From Kiritimatiellales bacterium (lineage in GTDB: Bacteria; Verrucomicrobiota; Kiritimatiellia; Kiritimatiellales; Pontiellaceae), in assembly GCA_003230915.1 (NCBI GenBank), contig QIHI01000055.1, positions 2,282 through 66,281 of the forward strand: a DNA stretch of 64,000 bases. Direction: 5' to 3'. Both the position numbers and the translations under genes were made by a program. Shown one piece after another: positions 37,537 to 46,889 of the stretch (within the stretch, counting starts at the first letter, position 1; every line of letters starts with the position of its first letter). The notes under the pieces are model-generated. The model was not told the DNA's origin. It did not search any database and saw nothing but the letters and a program-made list of their open reading frames with translations.

Positions 37537-38325
37537 ATGCGCTCTCCCGCTCGCTCGACGCGGCGGTTTGGCAGCCAAGTTCTGCAATTAATGCACGACA
37601 CCGGGCATGCCATGTTCATGCTACTGGAAGCGGCCTACTTTATGCGCTATGCCTTTAGCAAACGAAGCCGTACTGAGACCGCCACACAGATGTTCACCAC
37701 CGGAATTAAGAGCCTTGCGGTGATCACGGTAGTGGCGCTGTTCACCGGCATGATTCTCGCTTTGCAAACTGGGCTTGAATTGCGGCGTTACGGGCAGGAG
37801 GTCTACATCGGTTCCGCCGTCGCCGTCTCAATGATCCGCGAAATGGGTCCGTTCATGACCGGGCTGATTATTGCCGCCAGCGTGGGTTCCGCCATTGCCG
37901 CACAGATCGGGACTATGACTGTTTCGGAAGAGATTGCCGCCCTCGAGGTAATGTCCATTAATCCCAATCGTTTTCTCGTTATGCCACGCCTAGTGGCGCT
38001 CATTGTTATGATGCCGCTTTTGACGGTCTATACCAATATTCTCGGCATTCTTGGCGGTGCGCTGGTCGGCGCAACGCAGCTGGGTGTTTCGGTGCAGGCC
38101 TATATGGACAACGCTACGCAGTTCGCCACCAATAAGGATCTTTACGTGGGCCTGTTTAAGGCGGGGGTGTTCGGTATTGTCATCACGGCGGTGTCGTGTC
38201 ATCAGGGCTTCATGACGACCGAAGGCGCGGTGGGCGTTGGCAGAGCCACTCGCCGCGCAGTCATTATCTCCTTCCTGATTATTCTGGTATTGGGTTATGT
38301 GATAACGAGGTTGTTTTACATATGA
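37537..38325 (+). CDS. mlaE: MlaE-family ABC permease
   Basis: IREMGPFMTGLIIAASVGSAIAAQIGTM..SEEIAALEVM, GAVGVGRAT. Confidence 0.92.
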   Translation: MRSPARSTRRFGSQVLQLMHDTGHAMFMLLEAAYFMRYAFSKRSRTETATQMFTTGIKSLAVITVVALFTGMILALQTGLELRRYGQEVYIGSAVAVSMIREMGPFMTGLIIAASVGSAIAAQIGTMTVSEEIAALEVMSINPNRFLVMPRLVALIVMMPLLTVYTNILGILGGALVGATQLGVSVQAYMDNATQFATNKDLYVGLFKAGVFGIVITAVSCHQGFMTTEGAVGVGRATRRAVIISFLIILVLGYVITRLFYI

Positions 38326-39089
38326 TCCGCTTCGAAAATATTACCAAGGCACTGGGCGGAAAAACCGTGCTCGACCGCATTAGCTTCGAAGTCAGCGAGG
38401 GCGAAACCCTTGTGATTGTCGGCCTCTCTGGTGCCGGCAAGAGCGTAACGCTAAAGCACATGATCCGCCTCATGCAGCCGGATTCCGGAGTCGTGATGAT
38501 CGACGGCGAGTCCATTAACGACCTCGGGCGGTCCGCATTACAGGTGACTCGTACTAAATTCGGTATGCTCTTTCAAAGCGCGGCACTGCTTCAATGGATG
38601 TCGGTTAAGGACAATGTCGCCCTCCCGTTACGCGAACACATGAAAATAAGCGAGGAAGAGATTGAGAAACGCGTCGCTAGCAAATTGAATCTGTTGAATC
38701 TTTCCGATGCAGGCGATAAGTTTCCGGCCAACCTATCCGGCGGCATGCAGAAGCGCGTTGGGCTGGCGCGAGCCATTATCATGAATCCGAAAATCGTACT
38801 CTATGACGAACCGACCTCCGGACTCGATCCAGTTACGTCGCGACGCATCGACGATTTAATCGTGGATATGCGCAAGGAACTCGGTATAACGAGTGTGGTG
38901 GTAACGCACGACCTGCACAGCGCACTCTTCATCGGCACACGCATTATGATGCTGCACGAAGGCCGGATCGTGGAGAACGCGCCTCCGGAAGAGTTTATCC
39001 GGTCGAAAAACGAAACCGTGCAGAGCTTTCTCGAGTCGCAGTACATTACGAAAAAAGGAAAATGGGAAACCGGGTTAAGCCATGAATAA
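38322..39089 (+). CDS. mlaF: MlaF-family ABC ATPase
   Basis: GLSGAGKS, GMLFQSAAL, LSGGMQKRVGLARA, LYDEPTSGLDP, VVVTHD. ATGA overlap with mlaE. Confidence 0.92.
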   Translation: MIRFENITKALGGKTVLDRISFEVSEGETLVIVGLSGAGKSVTLKHMIRLMQPDSGVVMIDGESINDLGRSALQVTRTKFGMLFQSAALLQWMSVKDNVALPLREHMKISEEEIEKRVASKLNLLNLSDAGDKFPANLSGGMQKRVGLARAIIMNPKIVLYDEPTSGLDPVTSRRIDDLIVDMRKELGITSVVVTHDLHSALFIGTRIMMLHEGRIVENAPPEEFIRSKNETVQSFLESQYITKKGKWETGLSHE

Positions 39090-40023
39090 ATACAGGCGCG
39101 AAGTCTCCATAGAAATCTTAGTTGGGTTATTTATGTTCACCGTGCTGATCACACTCGGTGTTTTCACGATCGTACTCAGTAGCGAAAAAATCTGGAAGGA
39201 AAGCTATCAATACGAATTTGTTTTCTCTGAAATCAGTGGTCTGCGTGAAGGGGATAATGTGTATGTTCGCGGACTGAACGTCGGGCGCGTTAAGCAAACG
39301 GATCTAGAGGAAGGCCATGTGCGGGTCTATGTCACCCTCGATGCTCCGCTATATCTGCGGCAGGGGTATATAATTGATGTTGTGGACTCCTCCATGCTGG
39401 GCGGAAAAAAACTTAAAATCTACGAAGGCCCCGACGGTGCGCCGGAACTGGGCGAAAGCATGACGATCCTCGGCGCGAAACCCGTTGATATGATCGAGGA
39501 ACTGGCTCGTGTGATCGGTGGTTTTCAGGCCGTGATTGATGCTGTTAACTCCGGTAAGGGAACGTTGGGCAAGCTACTCAAGGATGAAACCATCCACAAG
39601 AACATGGCGACGATTAGCGAGGATTTGATGCGGATCATGGACCGGATCGAGAGCGGCGAAGGTTCCTTAGGGCAGTTGCTCGTTGCGGATGATGGACAGC
39701 TTTATGCTGATGGGAAGATTTTTATGGCCAACTTGCGAATCATCAGTCAGAACCTAGCCGATGGCAAGGGCACGCTTGGCAAGATGATGTTCAGCTCGGT
39801 AGACGACAACTCCTACGACGATCTTCAAACCACACTGGCCAATATTAGAAGCATCACGCAAAGCATCAACGAAGGCGAGGGTACGCTCGGTCGGCTTGTG
39901 CGCGATGCCAAGCTCTACGACGAAACCACTCTGTTGATCGAAGACGTCCGCGCCGCTGTCGACGACCTCCGTGAGGCTTCGCCAATCACTTCATTCGGTA
40001 GCGTACTCTTCGGAGCCTTTTAG
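39082..40023 (+). CDS. mlaD: MlaD/MCE-family protein with an extended helical region
   Basis: TM plus MCE domain (GLREGDNVYVRGLNVGRV) and four G[KE]G[TS]LG[KQR]L repeats. Confidence 0.88.
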   Translation: MNKYRREVSIEILVGLFMFTVLITLGVFTIVLSSEKIWKESYQYEFVFSEISGLREGDNVYVRGLNVGRVKQTDLEEGHVRVYVTLDAPLYLRQGYIIDVVDSSMLGGKKLKIYEGPDGAPELGESMTILGAKPVDMIEELARVIGGFQAVIDAVNSGKGTLGKLLKDETIHKNMATISEDLMRIMDRIESGEGSLGQLLVADDGQLYADGKIFMANLRIISQNLADGKGTLGKMMFSSVDDNSYDDLQTTLANIRSITQSINEGEGTLGRLVRDAKLYDETTLLIEDVRAAVDDLREASPITSFGSVLFGAF

Positions 40024-40034
40024 GAGCGCGTGCA

Positions 40035-40718
40035 GTGCCACGCGGCAATACAACGATCAAGCAGCTTCGCCGTGCCACTGTTGGCGTTTCCATAGCCGGG
40101 CTGTTTATCGCATCGCTCGGTGCAAGCCTCCGGGAGCCACCCCTCATCCGTATTGGCGAAATAAAGCCCACCATGGGTCTTTCAACCGTGCGAGTGAAAG
40201 GAGTGCTTGAATCCGACGCGCGTCCACTACGAGGTGGAAGTGTCTTCTACATGGTCAACGATGGTTCGGGCCGCCTCCCAATTTTCCTTGCCCAACCTCC
40301 CGCCGGAAAATTACCTATGGCCGGAAGCCGTATTGTCGCGGAAGGAACTCTCGGCCTCGGAACTGGCCATGCGCTTCGCATGAACATTCAGTTCTCCGAC
40401 CAGATTTCTGTGATGCCAGAGAAATTTATTTCCGACTTCAAACTTTCCGATGTTACTGTCGAACAGGATGGTGAACGCATGACCGCCTATGGCCGAGTGG
40501 CCAAGGTTTGGCATCCTGGAGTCGGATCAAAAGCTCCCCATAGAATTATACTTTCTGACCCCAGCGGTTCGCTGGAGATTGTTCATTGGTTCGAGCCGAG
40601 CTGGCCGGTAGAAGTAGGCGACAGGCTGGACGTTCGAGGGTCGGTCGATCTCTACAAGGGGCGGGTTCAACTCAAGATTTGGCAACCCCAAGATATCCGT
40701 CCTTATTCGGGCGGGTAG
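40035..40718 (+). CDS. Membrane-anchored protein with two OB-fold domains
   Basis: N-terminal hydrophobic segment; VRVKG...VNDGSGRLPIF and TAYGRV...LSDPSGSLEIV...VGDRLDVRGSVDLYKGRVQL. Confidence 0.72.
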   Translation: MPRGNTTIKQLRRATVGVSIAGLFIASLGASLREPPLIRIGEIKPTMGLSTVRVKGVLESDARPLRGGSVFYMVNDGSGRLPIFLAQPPAGKLPMAGSRIVAEGTLGLGTGHALRMNIQFSDQISVMPEKFISDFKLSDVTVEQDGERMTAYGRVAKVWHPGVGSKAPHRIILSDPSGSLEIVHWFEPSWPVEVGDRLDVRGSVDLYKGRVQLKIWQPQDIRPYSGG

Positions 40719-41026
40719 GAGGCGCGGTGGGCGGCTTAAGACTTTTCTTGCGCAGTTTTTGAGCCGGTAAGGTAGTGGGTGAATTCGGGAGGCCACACCA
40801 ACCGATTTCCGTGGTTTTTGACGGCTTGGATGTATTGAGCGCAGAGACCTTCTAATGGATATGATTCGCTGAATCGACTGATCGCTATGACGAACGAGGG
40901 CATCTAAGTTACAATGTTTGGTTATGAAGTAACCTCTTTTCAAGCCGTTTAATGTGCCGGGCGAATAGAAGTACTTTCATTAGATTAAGTTTTTGGCTAT
41001 AGCTCTGTTTTGATACAGTTCTCATC

Positions 41027-41815
41027 ATGTCAGTTCACTTGGAAAATATTGAACTTATCGAGCTTTTTTCGGTTCCCGTGCTGAAGTACGGGAGTCCGGA
41101 TCACATTCCATTGAACGAGGCATTAAAGGAGCTGATTCTCCAGCGGGCTGGCTCTGAAAGGGGTCTGGCGATTTCGAATGTCAACGGCTGGCATTCGGAA
41201 CGGAATCTGCTCGAATGGGATGCCGACTGCATACAGAAGCTGAAACAGCAGTTTCTACAGGCTGCACATGCCTATTTCAGTCGCATGGGCGTAGAGCTGT
41301 CCGATGCGGATTTGGATACGCTGGAGATCGAGGCATGGGCCAATGTAAATTACACTAACTCTTCTAACGCCACGCACGACCACCTCAAGGATGCCACCCA
41401 ATGGTCCGCCGTCTACTACGTGGATGGAGCTGGATCAGGCAATGGCACGGTGGGCGGAGAAACCGTCTTTGTTGATCGCGAGCATCGATTCGTATACAAG
41501 GACAAGGCCATCAGCCGCTTGGCTCTTTGTGAACGAGGCTCCTATACGTGCTACCAACCGGAGTTCACGGTTGCGCCCCACAATGGAATGTTTGTTCTTT
41601 TTCCTTCCTCCACGTGGCACCGAGTGAACTGCTATAAGGCTAGCGAGGTTCGCGTCACTATTGCATTCAATTTTAAATCCCCGATTTTTCACTATGTCTG
41701 TGAAGGGGAAACCTCGTTGAAGAGTTGGCTGTGGCTCAATTTCCGAGGCCCCATGAGCTGGGCACTATCCGCCAAGCGGTGGGTTTCCGCTATTTCGCCG
41801 AGTACTCGGACTTGA
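41027..41815 (+). CDS. TIGR02466-like 2-oxoglutarate/Fe(II) oxygenase
   Basis: GWHS, AWANVN, HDH...WSAVYYV, LFPSSTWHRV, RVTIAFN. Confidence 0.8.
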   Translation: MSVHLENIELIELFSVPVLKYGSPDHIPLNEALKELILQRAGSERGLAISNVNGWHSERNLLEWDADCIQKLKQQFLQAAHAYFSRMGVELSDADLDTLEIEAWANVNYTNSSNATHDHLKDATQWSAVYYVDGAGSGNGTVGGETVFVDREHRFVYKDKAISRLALCERGSYTCYQPEFTVAPHNGMFVLFPSSTWHRVNCYKASEVRVTIAFNFKSPIFHYVCEGETSLKSWLWLNFRGPMSWALSAKRWVSAISPSTRT

Positions 41816-43151
41816 TCCAATCCATGAGTTCTTCTCGGTTGATGAAGCGATTTTCCATCTGGGCATCGTAGGATTTTCTCAGGATTTTCCCGATGAGTTT
41901 GCCTTCTATGATGCCGATGGCGATTAAGTCGTGGCCGCAAATCCACGGTTCGGGAAGGATCGGTTCATTGACCATTCTTTCCATATAGTGGAGTACGAAG
42001 GCGTGGTTATCGAGCGTTGTGTGAGAGCCGAGGCAGTCGAGGCGGTGCAACTCGAATTCAAGGCCGAAGGTTTCCGCCCCGATCATTCGCCGCAACGTGG
42101 AGGTTCGCATTTTCTGCACATCCATAAAGCGCATATGTCCGTGGATGGCCGTCACGATTTTCTTCTTTTCTTTGGCCGGAAATCTAAGCCGAGTCAAGAT
42201 GGCCTCGGCCATTTTGGCTCCGATGGCGGCGTGTCTATCGAAGCGGATACGCGGATGACCGTCCGTTCCCGAGTTGGTGTTAGCGGTAGATGGCTTGCCG
42301 ACATCGTGTAGCAGCACGGTGTAGGCTCGTTCCCGTGCAGTGAAGGAAGTTTCCTCAGGATTCTCGTTCATCAGGTTGAGCATCAGGACAGTGTGTTCGA
42401 AGACATCGCCTTCAGGGTGGAGCTGGGGCGGCTGGTCTTGCCCGATCATCGGTAGGATTTCGGGGAGGATGTGTTCGAGTAGACCGAGCCGATGGAGATG
42501 TGCAAGCGCATCGCCCGGTCGAGGGCTATCGGTGAGTATGCGGGAGAGCTCCATCTCGACGCGCTCGGCACTGATCTTGGTGATGAGTGCCGACATTGTA
42601 CGGATGGCTTCTTCGGTTTTGGATTCAAGCGTAAAGCCGAGGTTATGCGAAAAACGTACGGCGCGCAGCATGCGGAGGTGGTCTTCCTGGAATCGTTCGA
42701 TGGGGTTGCCAATAGCCGTGATGATTGTTTTTTTCAGGTCGCGCTGGCCGTGGACATAGTCGTGGAGTTGTTCGGCAATAGGATCGTAAAACATGCCATT
42801 GATGGTGAAGTCGCGCCGCAGGGCATCTTCTCTGGCGGCACTGAATAGGATGGTTTCGGGATGCCGCCCATCGAGAGTTCCCATCTCTTCGCGGAAAGTA
42901 GCGACCTCGACGGTTTCTTTGCCGTCGATGACGGCGATAACCCCAAAGGCTTTGCCGATCGGGATGGTTTTTGGAAAGAGGGCTTCGACCTCTTCCGGGA
43001 GGGCGTCGGTGGCGACATCGTAGTCCTTCGGCTCGCGGCCAAGTAGCCGGTCGCGTACGCAGCCTCCGGCAAAGAAGGCGAGGAACTCTTCAGATTGAAG
43101 GGTTTTTACTACCTTGAGCGCAGCTTTTTTTTGTGGGTTGATTTCGCTCAT
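41790..43151 (-). CDS. cca: Class II CCA-adding tRNA nucleotidyltransferase/poly(A) polymerase with an HD domain
   Basis: GGCVRDRLLG, DYDVAT, DALRRDFTIN, EDHLRMLRAVRF, HPEGDVFEHT, LLHDVGK. Confidence 0.9.
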   Translation of the reverse strand: MSEINPQKKAALKVVKTLQSEEFLAFFAGGCVRDRLLGREPKDYDVATDALPEEVEALFPKTIPIGKAFGVIAVIDGKETVEVATFREEMGTLDGRHPETILFSAAREDALRRDFTINGMFYDPIAEQLHDYVHGQRDLKKTIITAIGNPIERFQEDHLRMLRAVRFSHNLGFTLESKTEEAIRTMSALITKISAERVEMELSRILTDSPRPGDALAHLHRLGLLEHILPEILPMIGQDQPPQLHPEGDVFEHTVLMLNLMNENPEETSFTARERAYTVLLHDVGKPSTANTNSGTDGHPRIRFDRHAAIGAKMAEAILTRLRFPAKEKKKIVTAIHGHMRFMDVQKMRTSTLRRMIGAETFGLEFELHRLDCLGSHTTLDNHAFVLHYMERMVNEPILPEPWICGHDLIAIGIIEGKLIGKILRKSYDAQMENRFINREELMDWIKSEYSAK

Positions 43152-43232
43152 AATCCTTTCGTGTACGGGAAAGTGAACTATAATGCGGTTGGTCTGTCGA
43201 AGGAAACATTAAGGAAAGCAAAGGAATCTTAT

Positions 43233-44831
43233 ATGAGTAAGTTTATTCCACCCATGGCTTTGGTATTATTTTACGTCGCGACGGTCTTCGCGCAGTTTGG
43301 CGACCCTTATTCAATATCGGCTCGACTGGATGGCGATGTGGTTCGACTGGAAGTTGGCGTTCCCGCCCAGCATTATCTCTATGCCGATTCCCTGAAGGTG
43401 ACCGACGCGCTGGGTAATGAGCAGGTATCACTTAAGCTTCCTGCAACCACAACCATTACCGATCCAAATACCGGAAAGCCAAAGCCAGTTTTCGATAAGT
43501 CCTTCAAGGCTTCCTTTTCGTGGAAACCACAGGCTGGTGGAGCGGACGCCTTCCACGTCCAGTATTGGGGTTGCAACGATTCCGTCTGCTTCATTCCGCA
43601 GACCAAGGTGGTGGAACTAACAGTTTTGGAAAAAGCCGAAGTCGATGATGCTTCCGAAGCGGAGGCTCTGACCGATTGGGAAATCGAGCTTGATGCGTTT
43701 CAGGTGTTGGGCTCCGAGGCCGGCTATATGAAGGCCGAGCCGTTCCTGCATTTCCTAGATCGGGCGGAGAATGGCGAATCCGAGGGCAGTATCAGTAGAG
43801 TCCGCTTGTTTCTGACGGATCCGGTTGCCTTCGTTCGTGAGTCCGGTTTGGCTTTAACGATCTTCTTCATCCTTCTTGGGGGACTGGCGCTCAACCTTAC
43901 GCCATGTGTGCTACCGATGATCCCGATTAACTTGGCCATTATTGGTGCCGGTGCGCAGGCGGGTTCAAAAAGTCGTGGTTTTGCGCTAGGTGCCACGTAT
44001 GGCTTAGGCATTTCGTTGGTATATGGTTTGCTGGGTGTGGTGGTAGTTTTGACGGGATCCCAGTTCGGAACGATCCAAGCAAACCCGTGGTTTAATTTGG
44101 TGATCGCCACCATTTTTGTGGTGCTGGCTTTAGCCATGTTCGATGTTTTTCACATTGACCTCTCCCGCTTCCAATCCAAGATGGGCGGGGGCGAGCAGAA
44201 GCAGGGAAGCTTCCTCGTTGCAATCACGATGGGATCTGTTGCCGCGTTGCTGGCGGGTGCCTGTGTTGCGCCGGTGGTGATTGCCGTGTTGTTGCTTGCT
44301 ACGAATATCTACGAGGCCAGCGGTCCAGTGGGGTTGGCCTTGCCCTTCATCCTCGGGATTGGCATGGCGCTACCCTGGCCGTTTGCAGGCGCCGGCCTAT
44401 CCTTTCTTCCCAAACCCGGAAAATGGATGGAATATGTTAAGTATGCTTTCGGCGTGGGCATCATCTTCTTTGCGCTCTATTACGGCCACTTGAGCTACCG
44501 AGCTTTTCATCCGGCAGATCTCACCGAGCACGGCGAGGTGGAAGGGTACTTGATCGTTGATGGAACAACCAACGTTGGATTAGCCACTGCCCTGAAACAG
44601 GCACGTGCTGATGATAAGCCCGTACTTATCGATTTCTGGGCCAGTTGGTGCAAGAACTGCAAGGCCATGGATAAAACCACCTTCAAGGATGAAATGGTGA
44701 AGGCGCGGCTTAAGGGCTATACATTCATTAAATACGTTGCTGAAGATCCGGTGGATCCGGAAACCAAGGCCGTGATGGATCGCTTTAGAGTGCAGGGACT
44801 GCCGACTTTTATTGTGCTTGATGCGAAATAG
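43233..44831 (+). CDS. dsbD: Thiol:disulfide interchange protein DsbD
   Basis: Alpha domain GCNDSVC, TM domain LTPCVLPMIP and GACVAP, gamma domain WASWCKNC. Confidence 0.92.
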   Translation: MSKFIPPMALVLFYVATVFAQFGDPYSISARLDGDVVRLEVGVPAQHYLYADSLKVTDALGNEQVSLKLPATTTITDPNTGKPKPVFDKSFKASFSWKPQAGGADAFHVQYWGCNDSVCFIPQTKVVELTVLEKAEVDDASEAEALTDWEIELDAFQVLGSEAGYMKAEPFLHFLDRAENGESEGSISRVRLFLTDPVAFVRESGLALTIFFILLGGLALNLTPCVLPMIPINLAIIGAGAQAGSKSRGFALGATYGLGISLVYGLLGVVVVLTGSQFGTIQANPWFNLVIATIFVVLALAMFDVFHIDLSRFQSKMGGGEQKQGSFLVAITMGSVAALLAGACVAPVVIAVLLLATNIYEASGPVGLALPFILGIGMALPWPFAGAGLSFLPKPGKWMEYVKYAFGVGIIFFALYYGHLSYRAFHPADLTEHGEVEGYLIVDGTTNVGLATALKQARADDKPVLIDFWASWCKNCKAMDKTTFKDEMVKARLKGYTFIKYVAEDPVDPETKAVMDRFRVQGLPTFIVLDAK

Positions 44832-44841
44832 ATTGCGGTGC

Positions 44842-45879
44842 CTATTCCTCGGTTTCGGGTTGGCGGATGGCAACGAGGGTGTCACCGAGCCTGATGCGGG
44901 TGTCGGAGCCAGGGTCGAAGGTGGTATGGCCGTCAAGATGTTTGATGGCGATAACCATTCCTCCGAGGATCTGCCGAACACGGGCTTCGGCCAAGCTTTT
45001 ATCGAGCATGTCGCTCTCTTCACCTACGGGATGTTCAAATACTTGCAAGGCGATGCTTTTATCTTTCGTGACGAGCTCGACCAAGTCGACGACGGAAGGG
45101 CGGGTAATGAGCCGGGCGATCTGGCTGGCTCCGGTGGAAATGGGGGAAACTACGCGGCTGGCTCCGGCATTCTGGAACTTGCGTGTACTATCGGGATCGT
45201 GTACGCGCGCAATGACGCGTAGCCCCTCGCAGAGCCCGTTTGCGGTGAGGGTGAGGAACAGGTTTTCAGGATCGCTGTCGAGCGCGGCCACGAGCGAATC
45301 GGCCTAGTAGACATTGGCGGCCTCGAGAATCTCCTCTTCGGTGGCATTGCCGACGATGTAAGGAATGTTTTGCTCGTCGAGCCGTTTAATGATGTCTTCG
45401 TTTTCCTCGATAACGACGAAGGGTTTGTTGGCGGCCTGCAGTTCGGCGACGACGCGGGCACCGGTGCGCCCATAGCCGCAGATGATGGCGTGTTGCTTGA
45501 GTTTCGTGATTTTATTCAGCATGATTTTTCTCCCTAAAACGTTGGTGATGCTACGCTGGAACAGGAATTCAACTAGGTGGGTAAGGCAGTAGGCCATCAG
45601 GCCGACGCCGATGAAAATGAGCAAGATGGTGAGGGTCCGGCCTGCTCCGGAGAGAGCGTGGACTTCGCCGTATCCGACGGTGGAGACGGTGATGACCGTC
45701 ATGTAGAAACAGTCGGCCCAACTCCATCCTTCAATCAACCGATAGCCAGTCACGCCGGTCAGCATGACGATCCCGATGCCGATCAGGCCTTTGCGCAGTC
45801 CGGAACGGAATTGTTCGTTTATACCTCTCATCCGCATGGGGGATGAGTAAAACGGATTCATTCGGCTCTTTCCAAACAT
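44842..45879 (-). pseudogene. TrkA-domain potassium channel interrupted by one in-frame TAG (45304-45306)
   Basis: TVSTVGYG selectivity filter, GYGRTG Rossmann motif, then ...AANVY*ADSLVAAL... continuing in the same frame into RCK-N/RCK-C. Confidence 0.8.
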
Positions 45880-45915
45880 TAATCCTTTTTAGTAGCTTCT
45901 ACCTTCGAGGTTTAA

Positions 45916-46884
45916 ATGCATTTGACAACTAGACAGCTATTCCTTTCCCACGTCGTTCTGTTGGCGGGTTCCAGTGCGTCGGCGCTAGCCGCGCCCGCTT
46001 CCAAGACCGTATCGCTTTCCTACATCGCGCGCCTCTATTCGATGCGCACTTCGGTTTCCGGCAAGAAAGTCGTGATGAAGAACAAGTGGAATAACATCGA
46101 GGTGGAAACCAACAGTCGTCGCGCATGGGTCAATGGCGTGATGGTATGGTTGCACCACCCCTGCCGAAAAGCGGGCGGTGGCTGGGCGATCCGCGAACTT
46201 GATTTCAAGAAAGGTATCGACCCAATCCTGCGCTCCTATGCCTATGTGCCCACCAAAAAGCCCAATATGGTGGTGCTCGATCCGGGGCATGGCGGAAAGG
46301 ATCCGGGGGCAGTCGGTACACGTAAGGTCTACGAAAAAAAGGCGGTGCTCTCCATTGCCAACCGCGTTAAGGCGCATCTCGAAGCCAAAAAAATTCCCGT
46401 TCGCATGACCCGTACCACGGATGTCTACCTTACCTTGAATCAACGTAGCGACTATGCCGCCAAGGTCGGAGCCGACCTTTTCGTGAGCATTCATGCCGAT
46501 AGTGCGGAGGCCTCTTCCGCGAACGGCGTGGAAACATTCACCATGACCGCCGCCGGGTGCGATTCAAGCAACTACTATGGTCAGAGTGGCGACAAATCGA
46601 CCAAGAGGGGCAACCAGTACGATGCTGCCAATGCAGTGCTTGGCTTTTCCATCCAAAGCAATCTGGTGAAAATGTCGAAACGGTCGGATCGGGGTCTACG
46701 CCGAGCTCGCTTTGCCGTGCTTAAAAATGCGCCGTGTCCGGCCGCCTTGGTGGAGTGCGGTTTCCTTTCCAATCCGGAAGAAGAGGCACTGATGATCGAT
46801 CCAAACTACCGCGAAGCCGTCGCGCGCGGAATTTCCAACGGCATTCTCGGCTACATCACTCTCGTCAACCGCGCCCGAAAATAG
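45916..46884 (+). CDS. N-acetylmuramoyl-L-alanine amidase (Amidase_3)
   Basis: VVLDPGHGGKDPGA, EK, FVSIHAD, LVECGFLSN. Confidence 0.92.
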   Translation: MHLTTRQLFLSHVVLLAGSSASALAAPASKTVSLSYIARLYSMRTSVSGKKVVMKNKWNNIEVETNSRRAWVNGVMVWLHHPCRKAGGGWAIRELDFKKGIDPILRSYAYVPTKKPNMVVLDPGHGGKDPGAVGTRKVYEKKAVLSIANRVKAHLEAKKIPVRMTRTTDVYLTLNQRSDYAAKVGADLFVSIHADSAEASSANGVETFTMTAAGCDSSNYYGQSGDKSTKRGNQYDAANAVLGFSIQSNLVKMSKRSDRGLRRARFAVLKNAPCPAALVECGFLSNPEEEALMIDPNYREAVARGISNGILGYITLVNRARK

Positions 46885-46889
46885 TCCGG

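Noticed and set aside
40527-40943. 138-aa minus-strand ORF and a nearby 55-aa frame (MPSFVIAISRF...)
   Set aside because: The longer ORF overlaps the OB-fold gene and has no motifs or convincing RBS. The shorter frame could be a remnant but cannot be assigned.
45304-45306. Genome-wide TAG recoding or pyrrolysine
   Set aside because: Many intact genes end in TAG at their natural C-terminus, and no pyl genes are in the window. Kept only as a local anomaly.
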